From the IMG/VR virus record IMGVR_UViG_3300020414_000008, positions 96,001 through 160,000 of that record: a DNA stretch of 64,000 nt; one strand, written 5' to 3'. Source of the stretch: a virus. Its lineage: Duplodnaviria > Caudoviricetes. The translations under genes and the position numbers were made by a program. Each line of letters begins with the position of its first letter. The stretch's first letter is position 1. Shown here piece after piece: positions 9,774 through 21,329 of the stretch. The notes below the pieces were generated by a model. That model was not told the origin of the DNA, did no database searches, and saw only the letters and a program-made list of their open reading frames with translations.

Positions 9774-10007
9774 ATGACTGAACAAGATTTAATGGACCTT
9801 GGTTTTAAAAGGTTCGATGAGGTAGAAGGGGTAGATGAATTCTGTTATTACTCACTAACAATCGGTGGACTTGAATTTATTTCAAATGATTCCGAAGATT
9901 GGGTAGATGAAGACGTATCAGTAGAAATCGCAGACAGTGAGATTGTATTTAACGAGTTTGAGGACTTAAGTGAAGTCATCAACATTTTAAGAAAAAACGA
10001 ACTGTAA
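9774..10007 (+). CDS. acidic hypothetical protein
   Basis: ORF with AGGAG upstream. Confidence 0.5.
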   Translation: MTEQDLMDLGFKRFDEVEGVDEFCYYSLTIGGLEFISNDSEDWVDEDVSVEIADSEIVFNEFEDLSEVINILRKNEL

Positions 10008-10009
10008 AG

Positions 10010-10041
10010 TTTGGATATTAATGCAAATTTTTGTATATTAG
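10010..10041 (+). promoter_or_regulatory. Bacteroidota-type promoter upstream of groES
   Basis: TTTGG 10010, TATATTAG 10034. Confidence 0.6.
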
Positions 10042-10063
10042 TACAAATAAAAAGGAAAAAGTT

Positions 10064-10345
10064 ATGAATTATGAACCATTGAATGACTATGTGTTAGTCA
10101 AGGTAATCAAAGAAGACGAAAAAACTAAAGGTGGATTATACAAACCTGAATCCAACAAAGAACAACTGAAAGGTGAAGTAATCGCAGTTGGTGATGGTAT
10201 CTTTACATCCACAGGTAAAAAGATTCCGATGAAATTAAATATCGGTGACACCGTAATCGTTCCTAATACAGGAATCCAACTTAGATTAGAAGGTGAAAAG
10301 TATAATTTATACAGAGAACAAGAAATACTAATCAGATTATCATGA
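10064..10345 (+). CDS. groES: co-chaperonin GroES
   Basis: PLNDYVLV, KTKGGLY.P, GEVIAVGDG; ATG at 10064. Confidence 0.92.
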   Translation: MNYEPLNDYVLVKVIKEDEKTKGGLYKPESNKEQLKGEVIAVGDGIFTSTGKKIPMKLNIGDTVIVPNTGIQLRLEGEKYNLYREQEILIRLS

Positions 10346-10501
10346 GTGCAACAAAAAGGTGGATAGAGGACCTTCAGATGGCGGGACAAGACCCACTATC
10401 AAATGATAAACATCTTGACGATGAGTATCACTATAAAGAGTGGTGTCACTATTCAGGATTACCTAATGTATTAGCATATGAAAATCACAAAAACAAATTA
10501 G

Positions 10502-10849
10502 ATGAACATTAAGTATTTACTCTTAGGTGGATTTTTATTTTTATTAGGACACCTTGGAGTTTTCCATCAATTGAATGGACAGTTCAAGTGGGAATGGTTT
10601 AAAAATAACCCACATATATTAGCACTTGCAGGAATACCAATATCACTTCTTTATATCTACGGAACAAAGTTCGCAGTTCAAGGATTTGATGGACTATTAT
10701 GGCCAACAAGATTCCTTGGATTTGGTATTGGAATGATGGTTTATGCATGGGGTGTGTCTTATTACTTTAATCAAGGATTCACACCAAAAGTTGTTGTATC
10801 ACTAATCTTAGCATTTACATTGTTAAGTATTCAAGTATTGTGGAAATGA
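10502..10849 (+). CDS. four-TM membrane protein
   Basis: Four hydrophobic segments, DMT-like size. Confidence 0.55.
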   Translation: MNIKYLLLGGFLFLLGHLGVFHQLNGQFKWEWFKNNPHILALAGIPISLLYIYGTKFAVQGFDGLLWPTRFLGFGIGMMVYAWGVSYYFNQGFTPKVVVSLILAFTLLSIQVLWK

Positions 10850-11093
10850 TTTTTTGGACGAATGGACTTATAGAAACTGAACTAACAAGACACTTCCATT
10901 TTGTAAGAAGTGCAAAAGAAATTCTTTATTCGAATCCAAAACACATACGAGGTATTTGGTCGTATAAAGACAAGAAGAGACTGTATGATTTAGAGGAAAA
11001 AGTACAGAAAAAAAGATTAACACTATCTCACAGAGATTTCCAATTTTTAGAGAGTATAGTGGAAAAATATGGGTAACCCATATTTATATATAA

Positions 11094-11702
11094 ATGAAGG
11101 ATATGAAAAAAGGTTTTAAATTACCAAATGGATATGTTTTAGGGAAAGGTAGAACTCCCTTGAACTTAACTGAAAGTCAGATTCGTTATGCGATGAAGAA
11201 CTCGAAGTCAAATTCAGGTGCAGCTAGATTCCTTAATGTATCACTAACCACATATCAAAAGTATTCAAAATCTTACATAGACGAAGAAACAGGAAAAACT
11301 CTTTGGGACTTACATAAGAATCAGAGAGGTAAGGGTGTAAAGAAACCATATAATGTAACTCAGGGTAAATACGCGTTGAATGACATTTTAGATGGTAAAC
11401 ATCCTAAGTATCCTGTTTTTTTATTGAAGAAAAGATTAATTAACAACTCACATAAACCTGAGTTAGAATTTCCACATGAATGTCACAGTTGTGGATACAA
11501 AGAGAAAAGATTGACAGATGGTTCTATTCCTTTGATTCTTGACCATATTGATGACGATTGGACAAATCACAAAAGAGAAAACATTAGATTTTTATGTTAC
11601 AATTGTTTTCATAATCAAAGAGGTAATATCAGAGGTAAACAACCACAGTGGAGAGCAGAACAAATAAAACAAGCAAAATTAAAACAAAAAAAAGGTAAAT
11701 AA
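11094..11702 (+). CDS. HNH endonuclease
   Basis: CHSCG...LDHID...NH..EN.RFLCYNC. Confidence 0.8.
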   Translation: MKDMKKGFKLPNGYVLGKGRTPLNLTESQIRYAMKNSKSNSGAARFLNVSLTTYQKYSKSYIDEETGKTLWDLHKNQRGKGVKKPYNVTQGKYALNDILDGKHPKYPVFLLKKRLINNSHKPELEFPHECHSCGYKEKRLTDGSIPLILDHIDDDWTNHKRENIRFLCYNCFHNQRGNIRGKQPQWRAEQIKQAKLKQKKGK

Positions 11703-13300
<1,598 letters not shown>

Positions 13301-13301
<1 letters not shown>

Positions 13302-13951
13302 TGAGCAAAAAACTGAAACTGTTGAAACTAAAATCTGAAGTATTAAAACTTGAGAGAGAATTGGTTGAAGAAGAGTTTCAGACCTATTGTAAGGATTTTG
13401 ACAAATATTTTAAAAAGTTTTATGACAATCCTAAAAAAAAGAAATCAAAACCAACAATAGATGACCCAACAATACACTATGAAAATGCAAAACGAGAAAG
13501 AAAACAAAGGGAAGAGGAAATCGATAGACAGAGAACTCTTCTTAAGAATGCGCCGACAAAGGTCAAGAATCTATACAAGAGACTTGCGACTAAAGCACAT
13601 CCTGACGTAGGTGGTGATAACGAGACCTTTCAAAAGGTGATTCAGGCATATGAAACTCAAAATCTAATGAAAATGTTAGAATTCGCAGGTGATTTGGGAG
13701 TTTCTTACAAGTTGGATAAAAGTGATGAACAATTACTACAAGACAACTTAGACAAGATAACCGAGGATATCAAGAAGTTAAAAGGTAGTATCGGTTGGTT
13801 GTGGGGTACAGGTGATAAAGAGGCGAGGTTGTTCTGTATACAAAGAGTTATAGATGAGACAGGACATACACCAAGTCAAGATGACCTACCAAAAGATTTA
13901 AGAAAAAAGAAAAAGAAGTTATTAGGACAACGTGGGAAAGAAAAAGAGTAA
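13301..13951 (+). CDS. J-domain protein
   Basis: LYKRLATKAHPDVGGD..FQKV..AYE. Confidence 0.8.
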
Positions 13952-14414
13952 AATAGTAGGATGTACAGCAGGTAATTTTGATTTGATTCATCCTGGCTAT
14001 ATATACACCTTTCAAGAGGCGAAAAGACACTGTGACCATTTCATAGTGTTTTTACAAAGAGACCCGTCACTTCATAGGAAGTCAAAATATAAACCCGTGA
14101 TTCCATTGTACGAAAGATATCGTACATTGATGGCAATCCAATATATTGATGAGGTTTATGTTTATCAGACGGAAGAAGAACTTTACGAATTGATTAAGTT
14201 TTTCAAACCCGATATAAGAATCTTAGGTGAGGATTATATCGGAAAATCATTTACAGGTGATGACTTACCACCAAAGATTGTGTTCACAACAAGAGCACAT
14301 GGTTGGTCAACAACTAAAATGAAAGATATGATTGCAATGCAAACAATCAAACAGAATCCTGAGATTCAGGACTCTGCTCAGTACTTTGAACGTAAATTAG
14401 AAATGGATGACTAA
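13932..14414 (+). CDS. cytidylyltransferase (TagD-like)
   Basis: GNFDLIHPGY, ER...L, GEDY, R.HGWSTT. Confidence 0.8.
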   Translation: MGKKKSKIVGCTAGNFDLIHPGYIYTFQEAKRHCDHFIVFLQRDPSLHRKSKYKPVIPLYERYRTLMAIQYIDEVYVYQTEEELYELIKFFKPDIRILGEDYIGKSFTGDDLPPKIVFTTRAHGWSTTKMKDMIAMQTIKQNPEIQDSAQYFERKLEMDD

Positions 14415-14576
14415 ATATATAATAGAAATAACACCAATAGTAACGGATGAAACAAGAACAGGTGGTCGAAATGATTCACCATATATGACAACAATCGAAA
14501 CAGATGATATCGAATGGAGTATGGGACAGTATCAGAGAAACAGAACTCCGTTTAGTTGGAAAATCGTAAACGAAGA

Positions 14577-15161
14577 GTGAAGAAAGAAAAGAAAATACTA
14601 ATAGTAATAGGACACCCCGATACTAAATCATTTTGTTACAATGGGATATTCAAAACCATTGTTGACGAAGTGGACAAGAAATCAGAAGACTTTAAAATCA
14701 TAGACTTATATAGAGATAGTTTCAGAAGACCAAGAACGGATTTAATTGAATCATACAAAAAAATGGTAACTTGGTCAACTCATATTTATTTCATATCACC
14801 TGTTTGGTGGTTCAGACTAACTCCAAGAATGGAAATATTCTTTGACGAGGTCTTAACGCCTGGATTCGCATATAATTTCAAAAATATCACGAAACTATAC
14901 GCATATCCACAACCACACTTAAGTGATAAAAAAGTTAGGACATATATAACTCATGGAGCACCAATGTTACCCGTTGTGACATTATACTTAAATTCAGTTA
15001 AGTTAAGATTGGTATTGGGTGTATTTACATTTGTATTTGGATGGAAAATCAGTAGATGGTTAAAAACAAAACAATTTTGGTCAGTCCCGTTTGTATCAGA
15101 CAAGAAACGAAAAAAGTATTTGGAAGTGGTCAAGAGAGACATGAAAAAAGATTTGAGATGA
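14577..15161 (+). CDS. NAD(P)H-dependent oxidoreductase, flavodoxin-like fold
   Basis: IGHP..SF, DLY, SPVWW, FFDEV.TPGFAY. Confidence 0.8.
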   Translation: MKKEKKILIVIGHPDTKSFCYNGIFKTIVDEVDKKSEDFKIIDLYRDSFRRPRTDLIESYKKMVTWSTHIYFISPVWWFRLTPRMEIFFDEVLTPGFAYNFKNITKLYAYPQPHLSDKKVRTYITHGAPMLPVVTLYLNSVKLRLVLGVFTFVFGWKISRWLKTKQFWSVPFVSDKKRKKYLEVVKRDMKKDLR

Positions 15162-15260
15162 AAAAAATAAAGAAATTCTTCAAAGATATATGGTTAGGTA
15201 TTAAGATATCAAATGAATACTATCTTAGTGGAAAGTGTAACCATGGTAAATTTTAAAATT

Positions 15261-15896
15261 ATGAAAAACAGATTAGATAATATAGACAAGTTATTAATGT
15301 TCGCATTATTGTATTTCCTATTTATGGGATTCGCAATGACAGTGAACGCACAAATCAAACACTATGACGGTGAGTTATATCATGTGGTTTATAGTGAGGA
15401 TTATGAACAACCTCTTCAAGTGACATATACAGTGATGTGTCCAACAGGTGAAATCAGTAGAAGTGGAATGGACTTTTGGAAACCAAAAGGATGGAAAACT
15501 TCAGACAATGATGACTACAAAGCAAATGTATATGATAAAGGTCATATGGCACCAGCAGCGGCATTTAATTGTTTTGATAAAGAAACTTTGAGAGAAACGT
15601 TCAACTATCTGAATTGTGCACTTCAACATGAATCACTAAACAGAGGACCGTGGAAAGAACTCGAAAGATTTGAACGAGACTTATCCAAAGTATTTGAAAC
15701 AGTAAAAGTAAATGTAACGGTACATTTTGACAATGAACCCGAGTATGTAGCAGGTGGAGCACTTATACCAAGTGGATTCACAAAACAAATATGGGCAGGT
15801 GAACACGAGTGGACATTTTACTTTGATAATATAAATTTAAAAGGTAGAGATTGGTCAGACTTTCAGATACCTAATATAAGACAGATAAACGACTAA
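15261..15896 (+). CDS. DNA/RNA non-specific endonuclease with signal peptide
   Basis: YDKGHMAPAA, LN..LQ..LNRGPW..LE; hydrophobic N-terminus. Confidence 0.85.
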   Translation: MKNRLDNIDKLLMFALLYFLFMGFAMTVNAQIKHYDGELYHVVYSEDYEQPLQVTYTVMCPTGEISRSGMDFWKPKGWKTSDNDDYKANVYDKGHMAPAAAFNCFDKETLRETFNYLNCALQHESLNRGPWKELERFERDLSKVFETVKVNVTVHFDNEPEYVAGGALIPSGFTKQIWAGEHEWTFYFDNINLKGRDWSDFQIPNIRQIND

Positions 15897-16037
15897 TGTT
15901 TGACGAAACTTTTGTAACGAGAGTACTTTGGAATACCAATACAGAGAAAATGATAAAAGCAACAGAAATGATTTGCAAGATGTCACATAAGTATGATATT
16001 CCCGTTGACTATAAACACCTCGGAATAATAGAGGACG

Positions 16038-16448
16038 ATGTACAAGATGAAGATAGTAGTTGGGGCATTAGTTGACGAAGATACTGTTCTAATTGGAAAA
16101 AGATTATCCACGGATTCGGTTTGTCCTGATTTGTGGGAACTGCCAGGTGGTAAGATTGAGGAAGGTGAAACTCCGTATGACGCGATAATTCGTGAATGGA
16201 AAGAGGAGTTGGATATAGACATAAATGTATATTATTCAATACCCGAAAGAGAAGAAGACGGAGTAGAGTTTTATCCATATATAATCAAATATAAGAGTGG
16301 TAAACCTAAACTCAATGCACATCAGAGTGTGAAATGGATTACGTTAAATGATATAAACAAATATCAGTTCACTCCATTAAGTAAAAAAACACTATATATA
16401 ATAAAGGGTAGTTACGATTTATTTTTAACCAAAAAAGAGCAGGAGTAA
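16038..16448 (+). CDS. NUDIX hydrolase (MutT-like)
   Basis: WELPGGKIEEGETPYDAIIREWKEEL. Confidence 0.9.
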   Translation: MYKMKIVVGALVDEDTVLIGKRLSTDSVCPDLWELPGGKIEEGETPYDAIIREWKEELDIDINVYYSIPEREEDGVEFYPYIIKYKSGKPKLNAHQSVKWITLNDINKYQFTPLSKKTLYIIKGSYDLFLTKKEQE

Positions 16449-16933
16449 AAAGGTGATTAAGAAGTTCATCAAAAAAACAGTAGGAAACAAAACAAAGTTA
16501 TCAGAAGTATCAAGTTCAATCGCGGAATCCGTGTTAGATGGTAATTGGTTATCGTTCAATTGTGAAAGACCGTATATACAATTTACGGAAGAGGATATGA
16601 AAGATATAACCGATGAGTTAACCTCACGAACCGACCAATGATACATCGACCCGCGGGAAGGGACGATTTCGTGTGTCTAAGAAAAATTTTGAGATAAACC
16701 CAAAATTGTTTCTATACGCGCATATAAATTAAAAGAGTTATGAAGACCATTATAGTACACAAACCCAAAAGATGTAGAAACCCAAGGATTGAAGTATTCG
16801 ATGACCACATTGATAAAGTAAACAATGTGCGCTCAAAGAAGTATATTCCCGAGGGGACGGATATCCTTCAAATGGGTATGGGTGGTGAAAATCTCTTCAA
16901 CACATATATAAAGAAATATAAAATCGATTCAAC

Positions 16934-17293
16934 ATGGAAATAAAATCAATTAAAAAATTATCTAACGGTGATATCGAAATCACCAACGATAAAGGGTCAA
17001 TTACGGTATCCACAACAAATCCCGTATATGAGGGATTAAGACTTCAATTTAATTCGTTGGGTATAAACACGGTGAATTGGGTCGGGAATCAGAGTAAATA
17101 CAGTCCACTAAGAGAAACCGAAGAAACTCTACTATATGACGTAGAGGAAGGACAAATGAAAATTCCTTTCCCTAACGTGGATTATACGTCTTACCCCAAA
17201 AAAGAACTCGTATTCATTGGTTCAGAAGGACAGTATTGGACACAAAACTCTACTGAACCACCTGTATACTTTAATGAGGAGTGGAACAAATGA
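16934..17293 (+). CDS. hypothetical protein
   Basis: ORF coupled to neighbours. Confidence 0.45.
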   Translation: MEIKSIKKLSNGDIEITNDKGSITVSTTNPVYEGLRLQFNSLGINTVNWVGNQSKYSPLRETEETLLYDVEEGQMKIPFPNVDYTSYPKKELVFIGSEGQYWTQNSTEPPVYFNEEWNK

Positions 17294-17511
17294 GAAAGAT
17301 AACTGTAGACCTACACGGTATAAGGCATGGTAACGTAGAAAAACTCTTAGAAAAACGTCTCCTGAACGGTAAAAAAGACTACCTAAGAACAGAGATAATT
17401 ACAGGAAACTCTGAGAGGATGAGAGAGATAGTACACGACTTCTTAGACGAACACGATTTTAAGTACGTTGTTACAGAGTACAATATGGGTAGAACGGTCA
17501 TCATAGGGTAG
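17290..17511 (+). CDS. Smr-domain protein
   Basis: VDLHG...IITGNS...NMG. Confidence 0.75.
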   Translation: MRKITVDLHGIRHGNVEKLLEKRLLNGKKDYLRTEIITGNSERMREIVHDFLDEHDFKYVVTEYNMGRTVIIG

Positions 17512-17599
17512 AACAACCCTGAACAACCTCTATAGGTAAGACAAAATAAATCTACCTTAATTCACCCGCCAAGATTCATCCAAGTCTATTTATCCTTAT

Positions 17600-17680
17600 A
17601 TGGTACTAATCAAAGTAATCTTAATGTTCTGCGTATTCATTTTCCTCATGAATCGTTGGTTCAAGTATTTGGACCGTTAA
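17600..17680 (+). CDS. 26-aa hydrophobic peptide (not in ORF track)
   Basis: MVLIKVILMFCVFIFLMNRWFKYLDR*. Confidence 0.35.
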   Translation: MVLIKVILMFCVFIFLMNRWFKYLDR

Positions 17681-18720
17681 AAAACCCTCAAAAAACCCCC
17701 TTTTATCCCACTTTTTACCACTTTATGGTAAACTCTCACCAAATAATTCCTTAATAAAAGAGAGAAATATTTAATTAGAGAAGCTAAGGCTTCCCTACTT
17801 ATCCAATGAAAAGGGGTCGCTAATACACTTTTACCACAATAAACACAAACACTTTCCTATAAAACACCCATGCAACGAGTTTAACAGTAATAAAAGGGTG
17901 CTCTTGTCCGTGTTTCTGCGTTTTCCAATTTTTTTGCTATAGCGAAACCTTTTGCGCATTGTTAATAACCTGTTGATAACTTTTTTTTAGGTCGTTTTGT
18001 CAGTCTGAGTACCCTTGTAACACGGGTGTAGAGGTGTTACAAACGTAACAACAGAGGGGCGCCGGGGGTTCTGTAGAGGTATTTGTAACACATACCCCGA
18101 AAATGAGTAGTCGCTGAGTAGTGACAGGGTGTCATGTTGATAACTTTGTTGATAAAAAAGTGTTTATTTCCTTGTTTTTTTCATTTATTTTTCGTATATT
18201 AGTGGGGGGCATTGACCTACTTTTCACCACGGATGCGCAATAACCCGACATATATGGGTAAAATTTAACAATTATTTAACATTGGCGATTTGGAAATGAA
18301 CGCAGAATTCCTTATCTTTACTATGTAAAGAGAGAGATATATGGGATAACTGTGGTGGAAACCGCGAAGTGAAGTAAAAATAAAATAGGTCAAAACAGCA
18401 AGTACTATACGCAAGTAGGTATATAGAGAGAGAATAGAGTAGTATAGGTATAGGTAGGTACAGCGCATAGATTAACCTGAAACAACCCCGAACCCCGTAA
18501 GTCGTTATAGGCGATGAAAGACACTCGCGCAGGGGGTGGGGGTATTTTCACGGAAACCAAGCGCAGCAGCAGGCATGAACCGCCTGTAGTCCGTCTTGCT
18601 GTCGAGGTCGGCAAAATGACCTTGGGGAAAGTCCCCTCTAAGGTCTGATTTACAGAGGGGCGCTAAAATTCATTTACCTCATTATGGGTATGGATATTGT
18701 TTAACTATTAAATTTAATTA
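17681..18720. other. long non-coding region, candidate origin/terminus
   Basis: No credible ORF; DnaA-box-like pairs, inverted repeats, GC-rich hairpins. Confidence 0.5.
18264..18320 (+). promoter_or_regulatory. TTTAACA-repeat promoter element, copy 4
   Basis: TTTAACA 18264 and 18275, TTTGG 18289, TATCTTTA 18313. Confidence 0.7.
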
Positions 18721-18721
18721 T

Positions 18722-18904
18722 ATGCTGAAAGGTATCGGAGTGACTTGGACACCTAAATCCAAGAAAGTAAAGTTTGTAAAACAGAATGGTCAAGTGGTTA
18801 ACAGGGATGAATTAGTTGAAGCTCTTAATTACTGTCAATGGAGATTTGGTTATAGACATAAGGATTATTCTCAGGATGGTAGTACTCTTACTGTAGGTAT
18901 GTAG
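18722..18904 (+). CDS. hypothetical protein
   Basis: First ORF after the non-coding region; AT-rich leader. Confidence 0.5.
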   Translation: MLKGIGVTWTPKSKKVKFVKQNGQVVNRDELVEALNYCQWRFGYRHKDYSQDGSTLTVGM

Positions 18905-18939
18905 TATTATATCTATACTTATATATAGAAAGGTTTATT

Positions 18940-19863
18940 ATGAGGTATTTTTATTTTAGTTTAGTTTTGTTTATTTCCCTGCTTTTTTCAGGGTGTGGTA
19001 GTCAGTGGTATGTGAGTACTACAAATCATGACCCTATGTATGACAGGTATATAGAGGTAGACAGTTCAGTTAAGATAGATACTATTAATTCTTTATTTCA
19101 TCTCAAGAGAAAACTCCGAACAGACTTCTCTTTCAGATGGGACTTCGCTCAGTATGCGATGACAAGACCCTATTCGTGGTATTTCAACAATCCAAGACTC
19201 GATGGTATATGGAGACCTTACAACAGATTTGATGTATGGTTTAACTCCCATCAGTTTTGGTACGATTGGGCATGGAACTATCCTTGGTATGGATACGACC
19301 ATCCATGGTGGGTTAGAAATCATAGATACTATAATTGGTATTATCCACATCCACAAGGTTGGTATGGTTGGAATCACTATCAGTACAGTTGGTACAATGA
19401 ACCTCTGATAGCAAGTAATAACAATTATTCTTTTGTAGTTGGTAGAAGGGGAAGTAGGTATAATGATTTTCTTAATGGTAACTCTAATATAGAACAAGAT
19501 ACTAATCGAAGAAGAGGTAACAGAGTATATCCTAATAAACCTAATAACAACAATACTATTAACAATGTTATCAGATGGAGTAATGATAATAATATTCGTA
19601 TTAATGTCAACTCAAATCCAAACCGTGTAGATAGTAATAATAATGTTGTTGTCCCAATCAAACCAAATAACAACATCAACAATTGGAATTCCAAACCAAG
19701 AGTACCAAACAACAACTTCAATAACGGAAGACCACCTGTTAATAACTTTAACAGTAACCCACCTGTTAACATCAGAAGTGGTGGTAACGTAGGTGGTAGT
19801 AGTAGAGGAAGTTCGTCAGGCGGTAGTTCTAGCTCATCAGTAGGTAGAAGAGGTGGAAACTAA
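18940..19863 (+). CDS. lipoprotein with W/Y-rich core and N/G/S-rich tail
   Basis: Signal peptide with lipobox LFSG-C19. Confidence 0.7.
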   Translation: MRYFYFSLVLFISLLFSGCGSQWYVSTTNHDPMYDRYIEVDSSVKIDTINSLFHLKRKLRTDFSFRWDFAQYAMTRPYSWYFNNPRLDGIWRPYNRFDVWFNSHQFWYDWAWNYPWYGYDHPWWVRNHRYYNWYYPHPQGWYGWNHYQYSWYNEPLIASNNNYSFVVGRRGSRYNDFLNGNSNIEQDTNRRRGNRVYPNKPNNNNTINNVIRWSNDNNIRINVNSNPNRVDSNNNVVVPIKPNNNINNWNSKPRVPNNNFNNGRPPVNNFNSNPPVNIRSGGNVGGSSRGSSSGGSSSSSVGRRGGN

Positions 19864-19885
19864 TTGTTAATAACTTGTTGATAAA

Positions 19886-19942
19886 TTTAACATAAATTTA
19901 ACATTAAACATTTGGAAAAGTCATTTACTTTCACTATCTTTA
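19886..19942 (+). promoter_or_regulatory. TTTAACA-repeat promoter element, copy 5
   Basis: TTTAACA 19886 and 19897, TTTGG 19911, TATCTTTA 19935. Confidence 0.75.
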
Positions 19943-19965
19943 CTATGTAATAATGATTAATAGTA

Positions 19966-20750
19966 ATGATAAATAAAAATTATATGATGTATACAAAGTA
20001 CTCCCTCGATTGTTCTTATTTCGTAAATGAGTTCAAATCAATAAACGAATTAGTTGACTATGTAGTTGACAACGGGATGGACCCAAACTATGAGATTACT
20101 GCTAACGGTAATCCTACAGGTGAAATGGTAATCGATTTAATTCAATTTTAATATGAGACAATTTAGTATAGGACAAAAAGTAATGTTCGAAGATAAGTGG
20201 GGTAGACTTAATGATGGTATTATCTCAGAGTTAAACAAACCATTCCCAACTGTAAATGACGATGGTGATGTAGTTGATATGTATCTCACAGTAGTACAAT
20301 CGGATATGGGACTTGGTGGTGAACCATCAAATGTAGCAATTAGTAATGAACAAATATTAACAGTAGTATGATAAACTTAAGTATTAGTGACCCAATAGAT
20401 GGGAACAATAAGATAGGTGAACTTCGTAACCATATAGGTAAAGACTATTATGGGAACAACAAACTCCTATCTGTAAGTAAGGATGGTAACGTATGTATCG
20501 TTCTTCGTGATGGTAAGAAAGTTAGTGAACCAAGTTGGATAACTTGGAATCGATTCTTTTATTAAAATTAAAAATTATGATTAAGACAATTAAAAATTAT
20601 GTATTGACCAAACTCTTTGCCGAATGGGTAAAAGAGGAACAAGATGTTTCGAAACTCGTAATGGTGAAACAACTGATTCAAAAACATCAAGATGAGTTAA
20701 CGGGATACAAACCTGTTATCGGTTTCAAACAACATAGGATTGACGGGTAA
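19966..20750 (+). other. run of four small hypothetical genes
   Basis: Tightly packed 60-72 aa ORFs after promoter copy 5. Confidence 0.5.
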
Positions 20751-20762
20751 CAGATAAACGAT

Positions 20763-21230
20763 ATGAATAAAACAGTTACAAAGATTAAAAGTCTGTTGAA
20801 ACAGGCTCAAGACCTCGCTCAAGATGAGTTGGGACTTGAAAACATTTTCTACAATGAACGATTTGTCGAACTTATGATTGCAAATGAATTGGGTCATGAG
20901 TACGGTAACAACACACAGGGTGGTGACGCATGGGACCCTGTCAAAAAGAAACCTGTCGAGTATAAAGCAATAAACTTGAGGAGTAAAGGTAAAGGTACAT
21001 TTCAGTTTCATTGGTTATCAGAGAACAAGATTAACCAATATAGTCAAACTGAAGATATGTACTTTTGTATTAGGGATGGTGTTCAAATCAAAGAGATATA
21101 CAGAGTACCAACCAAAACAGTTATACCTTACCTAAAGGAAAAGTCAACAGGTGGTAAGAGTATCCACGGACATTGGGGTACTAACAAAGATAAATTAATT
21201 AATGAGTTGAACGCAACTAAAGTTATATGA
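20763..21230 (+). CDS. PvuII-like restriction endonuclease family protein
   Basis: QDLA..LG..NIF, GGDA.D...EYKAIN, I.EIYRV resemble the PvuII layout. Confidence 0.65.
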   Translation: MNKTVTKIKSLLKQAQDLAQDELGLENIFYNERFVELMIANELGHEYGNNTQGGDAWDPVKKKPVEYKAINLRSKGKGTFQFHWLSENKINQYSQTEDMYFCIRDGVQIKEIYRVPTKTVIPYLKEKSTGGKSIHGHWGTNKDKLINELNATKVI

Positions 21231-21329
21231 TAAAGGTAGTAATAGGAACATTAGTCGTTATATGGTTGTGGATTGTATATGAAATGCATATCGCACCCGA
21301 GGTTGATGAACACGGTAATAGAATACCCG

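Noticed and set aside
18265-18614. Two minus-strand ORFs in the non-coding region
   Set aside because: Low-complexity translations, antisense to a promoter, atypical GC-rich composition
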